The position numbers and the translations under genes were made by a program. The notes below the pieces were generated by a model. The model saw only the letters and a program-made list of their open reading frames with translations, was not told where the DNA came from and did no database searches. From an uncultured Gemmatimonadota bacterium (lineage in GTDB: Bacteria > SM23-81), in assembly GCA_964584035.1 (NCBI GenBank), contig CAZOYL010000030.1, forward strand, positions 1 to 18,155: a stretch of DNA of 18,155 bases, given 5' to 3'. Positions 16,286 to 18,155 of the stretch are shown here, one piece after another (position 1 is the stretch's first letter; each line of letters starts with the position of its first letter).

Positions 16286-17506
16286 AAGAATCGTCCCCGA
16301 TTCGGCCTCCCGGATGATGAACACGAACGGCCGATCGACAGAGAACAGGGAATCGTCGATGCCGTCGATCATGACCACCGAGGTGACCGCTGCCGCCGTG
16401 GTGCCCTCCTCGTCGACCTCCACGAAGGCCTTGTGTTTGACCTTGTCGATCCACACCCCGCCGCCGGCGAACATCCCGCTGAAATCGGCCTCTGGCGTGA
16501 AGGCGATCTCCATGCCCAGGGCCGACAGGGCCTCCTTCAGCTCCAGCTCATATTCGACGGTAAATTTCGGCAGATAGACATCCAGCGAGTCGGCCTGCAG
16601 AAAGGCCAGCCAGGTGCTCATCTGCTGGTTGTCGAAACTCTGAGGGTCGATTCGGGCCAGCAGCGAATCGAGATCGTTCCCGGGCCGCGGCAGGATGATC
16701 GTCATCCGGAAAACACCGTCCCCGTATGGCAGGTCCAGAATACGGAAGTCCTCATGATCATAATGCCGGAACCGGCCCCGCTGGGACATCATCCGGCAGA
16801 GAACAGAGGAGCCGTCGGGCCGGAAGAAGTATCCGTCCTCGGTCAGGTCCTCATCGAACCGGTAGGTCCAGGAGCCCTTGAAATAGATGGCGTTGATCAA
16901 AAACATGATCACATCTGCGGAGATGGGGCTCTGGACGATCTGGTCGATCCGGCCGTTGGTGTGTTCCTGGACCCAGCCGTTGATGATCTCGGCGGCCCCG
17001 TCATCGCTGAAGTCCATAGCCGTTATCAGGGCGTCGAAGGATTGCCGGCAGGCCTCTAAGAAGGCGACCTCGGGCTCCCGGCCCTCGTCACGGTGCCAGA
17101 TAGAGTTGGCAACTCCCAGCTCGACGTCGGGATCCAGCCCGAGCAGCAGGTCGATCAGGCGGCGGTAGGAGGCATTGATCTGTTCGGGGGTCAGGCCGGC
17201 CAGCGCCAGGGTCTGTTCCATGGCCTGGCGAGTGGTCCCCTCCGAGCCGTTGAGTGTCATGCCCAGCGCCATGGCCACGCTCAGCGGGGAGATGAAGATG
17301 TTCTCGTCGTCTGAGGACTCGTCGATGGCCTTGAACAGGTTGAGACCGAAACGGTTGTCCGACTCGATGAGGGTCTTTTCGGCGGTATTGAGGTGGTAGG
17401 GATTGGAAGCGGGTGAGCTGGGGTTGTCGGAGCAGTGCCAGCAAAAAAGCCCCGTAATCAGAACCAGCGAAGGGTAAAAAATGTATCTCCACATCCTCCC
17501 GGTCAA
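16250..17506 (-). CDS. Serpin (I4 protease inhibitor), probable lipoprotein; serpin B, about 418 aa
   Basis: NIFISPLSVAMALGM, LINAIYFKGSW, hinge EEGTTAAAVT, FSVDRPFVFIIRE. GGAGG (17515-17519) lies 8 nt from TTG 17506; ATG 17512 or 17494 are alternatives. Signal ends LFCWH-C. Confidence 0.95.
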   Translation of the reverse strand: MTGRMWRYIFYPSLVLITGLFCWHCSDNPSSPASNPYHLNTAEKTLIESDNRFGLNLFKAIDESSDDENIFISPLSVAMALGMTLNGSEGTTRQAMEQTLALAGLTPEQINASYRRLIDLLLGLDPDVELGVANSIWHRDEGREPEVAFLEACRQSFDALITAMDFSDDGAAEIINGWVQEHTNGRIDQIVQSPISADVIMFLINAIYFKGSWTYRFDEDLTEDGYFFRPDGSSVLCRMMSQRGRFRHYDHEDFRILDLPYGDGVFRMTIILPRPGNDLDSLLARIDPQSFDNQQMSTWLAFLQADSLDVYLPKFTVEYELELKEALSALGMEIAFTPEADFSGMFAGGGVWIDKVKHKAFVEVDEEGTTAAAVTSVVMIDGIDDSLFSVDRPFVFIIREAESGTILFLGKIMDPTAG

Positions 17507-17554
17507 CGTCATCACCTCCCCGGGAATGAAGAGGAATTATTCTCTTGTATTACA

Positions 17555-17583
17555 TAAATAGTTCATTTATAAACAAGAGTCAA
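17555..17583 (-). promoter_or_regulatory. Possible sigma70 promoter for the serpin pair
   Basis: Minus strand TTGACT (17583-17578), 17 nt spacer, TATTTA, in a very AT-rich patch. The -10 match is weak. Confidence 0.4.
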
Positions 17584-17688
17584 GGGGAATTAGATATTCG
17601 AGTCGTTGCCCCGGAGCGCTTCATCATATGACTCGTGCCGGGCCGTTTCGTTTCATGGCCGGCGGCAGGGTCGTTCTGTCGAAATGCC

Positions 17689-17717
17689 TTGACCTTCTCC
17701 TCTTTGTGCTATAAATT
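17689..17717 (+). promoter_or_regulatory. Putative nikR promoter
   Basis: TTGACC (17689-17694), 17 nt spacer, TAAATT (17712-17717). Alternative extended -10 TGcTATAAA (17707-17715). Confidence 0.55.
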
Positions 17718-17732
17718 ACATAAAAGTAACAC
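17706..17732. promoter_or_regulatory. Putative NikR operator
   Basis: GTGCTA-N15-TAACAC imperfect palindrome with an AT-rich spacer, overlapping the -10 and just upstream of the nikR RBS. Confidence 0.72.
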
Positions 17733-17745
17733 ACGGAGGAAGAGC

Positions 17746-18155
17746 ATGAGCGACATGGTCCGTTTCGGCGTCAGCATGAGCGCCGATCTCCTGGCCAACC
17801 TGGACGACCTGCTGGAGAAAATCGGCTACACATCCCGCTCCGAGGCCATCCGTGATATGGTCCGCAGCCGTCTGGTGGAGCAGGAATGGGCCGATACCGG
17901 TCGGGAGGTGGTGGGCACCATCACCCTGGTTTACAGCCATGAGGTCAGGGAACTGACCGAGACGCTGACCGCCCTGCAGCACCATTACACCGCGGAGATC
18001 ATCTCCACTACCCATATTCATCTGGATGAGCACAACTGTCTGGAGGTGCTCATCGTCCGGGGCCGCAGCCGTCGGGTGCGGGAGATCGCCGACCGCCTGA
18101 TCAGCACCCGGGGGGTGAAGCACGGCCGGCTGACCACGACGACCACGGGGAAACG
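17746..18155 (+). CDS. nikR: Nickel-responsive transcriptional regulator NikR (3' truncated; absent from the ORF track because it has no stop)
   Basis: MSDMVRFGVSMSADLLANLDDLLEKIGYTSRSEAIRDMVR (ribbon-helix-helix)...GTITLVYSHE...LQHHY...HIHLDEHNCLEV...GVKHGRL. GGAGG RBS at 17735-17739. Confidence 0.96.
   Translation, partial: MSDMVRFGVSMSADLLANLDDLLEKIGYTSRSEAIRDMVRSRLVEQEWADTGREVVGTITLVYSHEVRELTETLTALQHHYTAEIISTTHIHLDEHNCLEVLIVRGRSRRVREIADRLISTRGVKHGRLTTTTTGK

Noticed and set aside
17716..18123. Minus-strand 135-aa ORF
   Set aside because: Antisense shadow of nikR, which has clear motifs and an RBS on the plus strand.

Overview
GC-rich bacterial chromosomal window with no rRNA, tRNA, CRISPR, transposase or integrase. 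The NYPNPFN...WDG...ASGIY secretion tail suggests an FCB-group lineage (inference). Plus strand, in order: a 5'-truncated secreted M1 aminopeptidase, an uncalled 43-aa Cys4 zinc-ribbon ORF, a small lipoprotein, an internally deleted PAS/HD-GYP remnant, then a tightly packed run of a long NagB-PIG-L fusion, a CPA2 antiporter-PTS EIIA fusion, a secreted transglutaminase-like protein lacking the catalytic Cys, a secreted PPC/alpha-alpha-toroid/Ig/VWA protein, xth and a sulfite-oxidase-like molybdoenzyme. Minus strand: two tandem lipoprotein serpins. The window ends in a divergent, 3'-truncated nikR with an operator-like palindrome. The most unusual signals are at the serpin locus. Each serpin gene is followed by degenerate ~36-nt copies of its own 3' end at ~43-46 nt spacing (FLGKTPDPTAE*, VIGSFLDPKAG*, CIAEIVDPTQD*, FLGKAIDTTAG). 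One serpin also has an Asp-Gly bait in the same hinge register as the caspase inhibitor CrmA. The transglutaminase-like/VWA gene pair is a second candidate uncharacterised extracellular system. All calls come from manual motif reading; no database searches were run.
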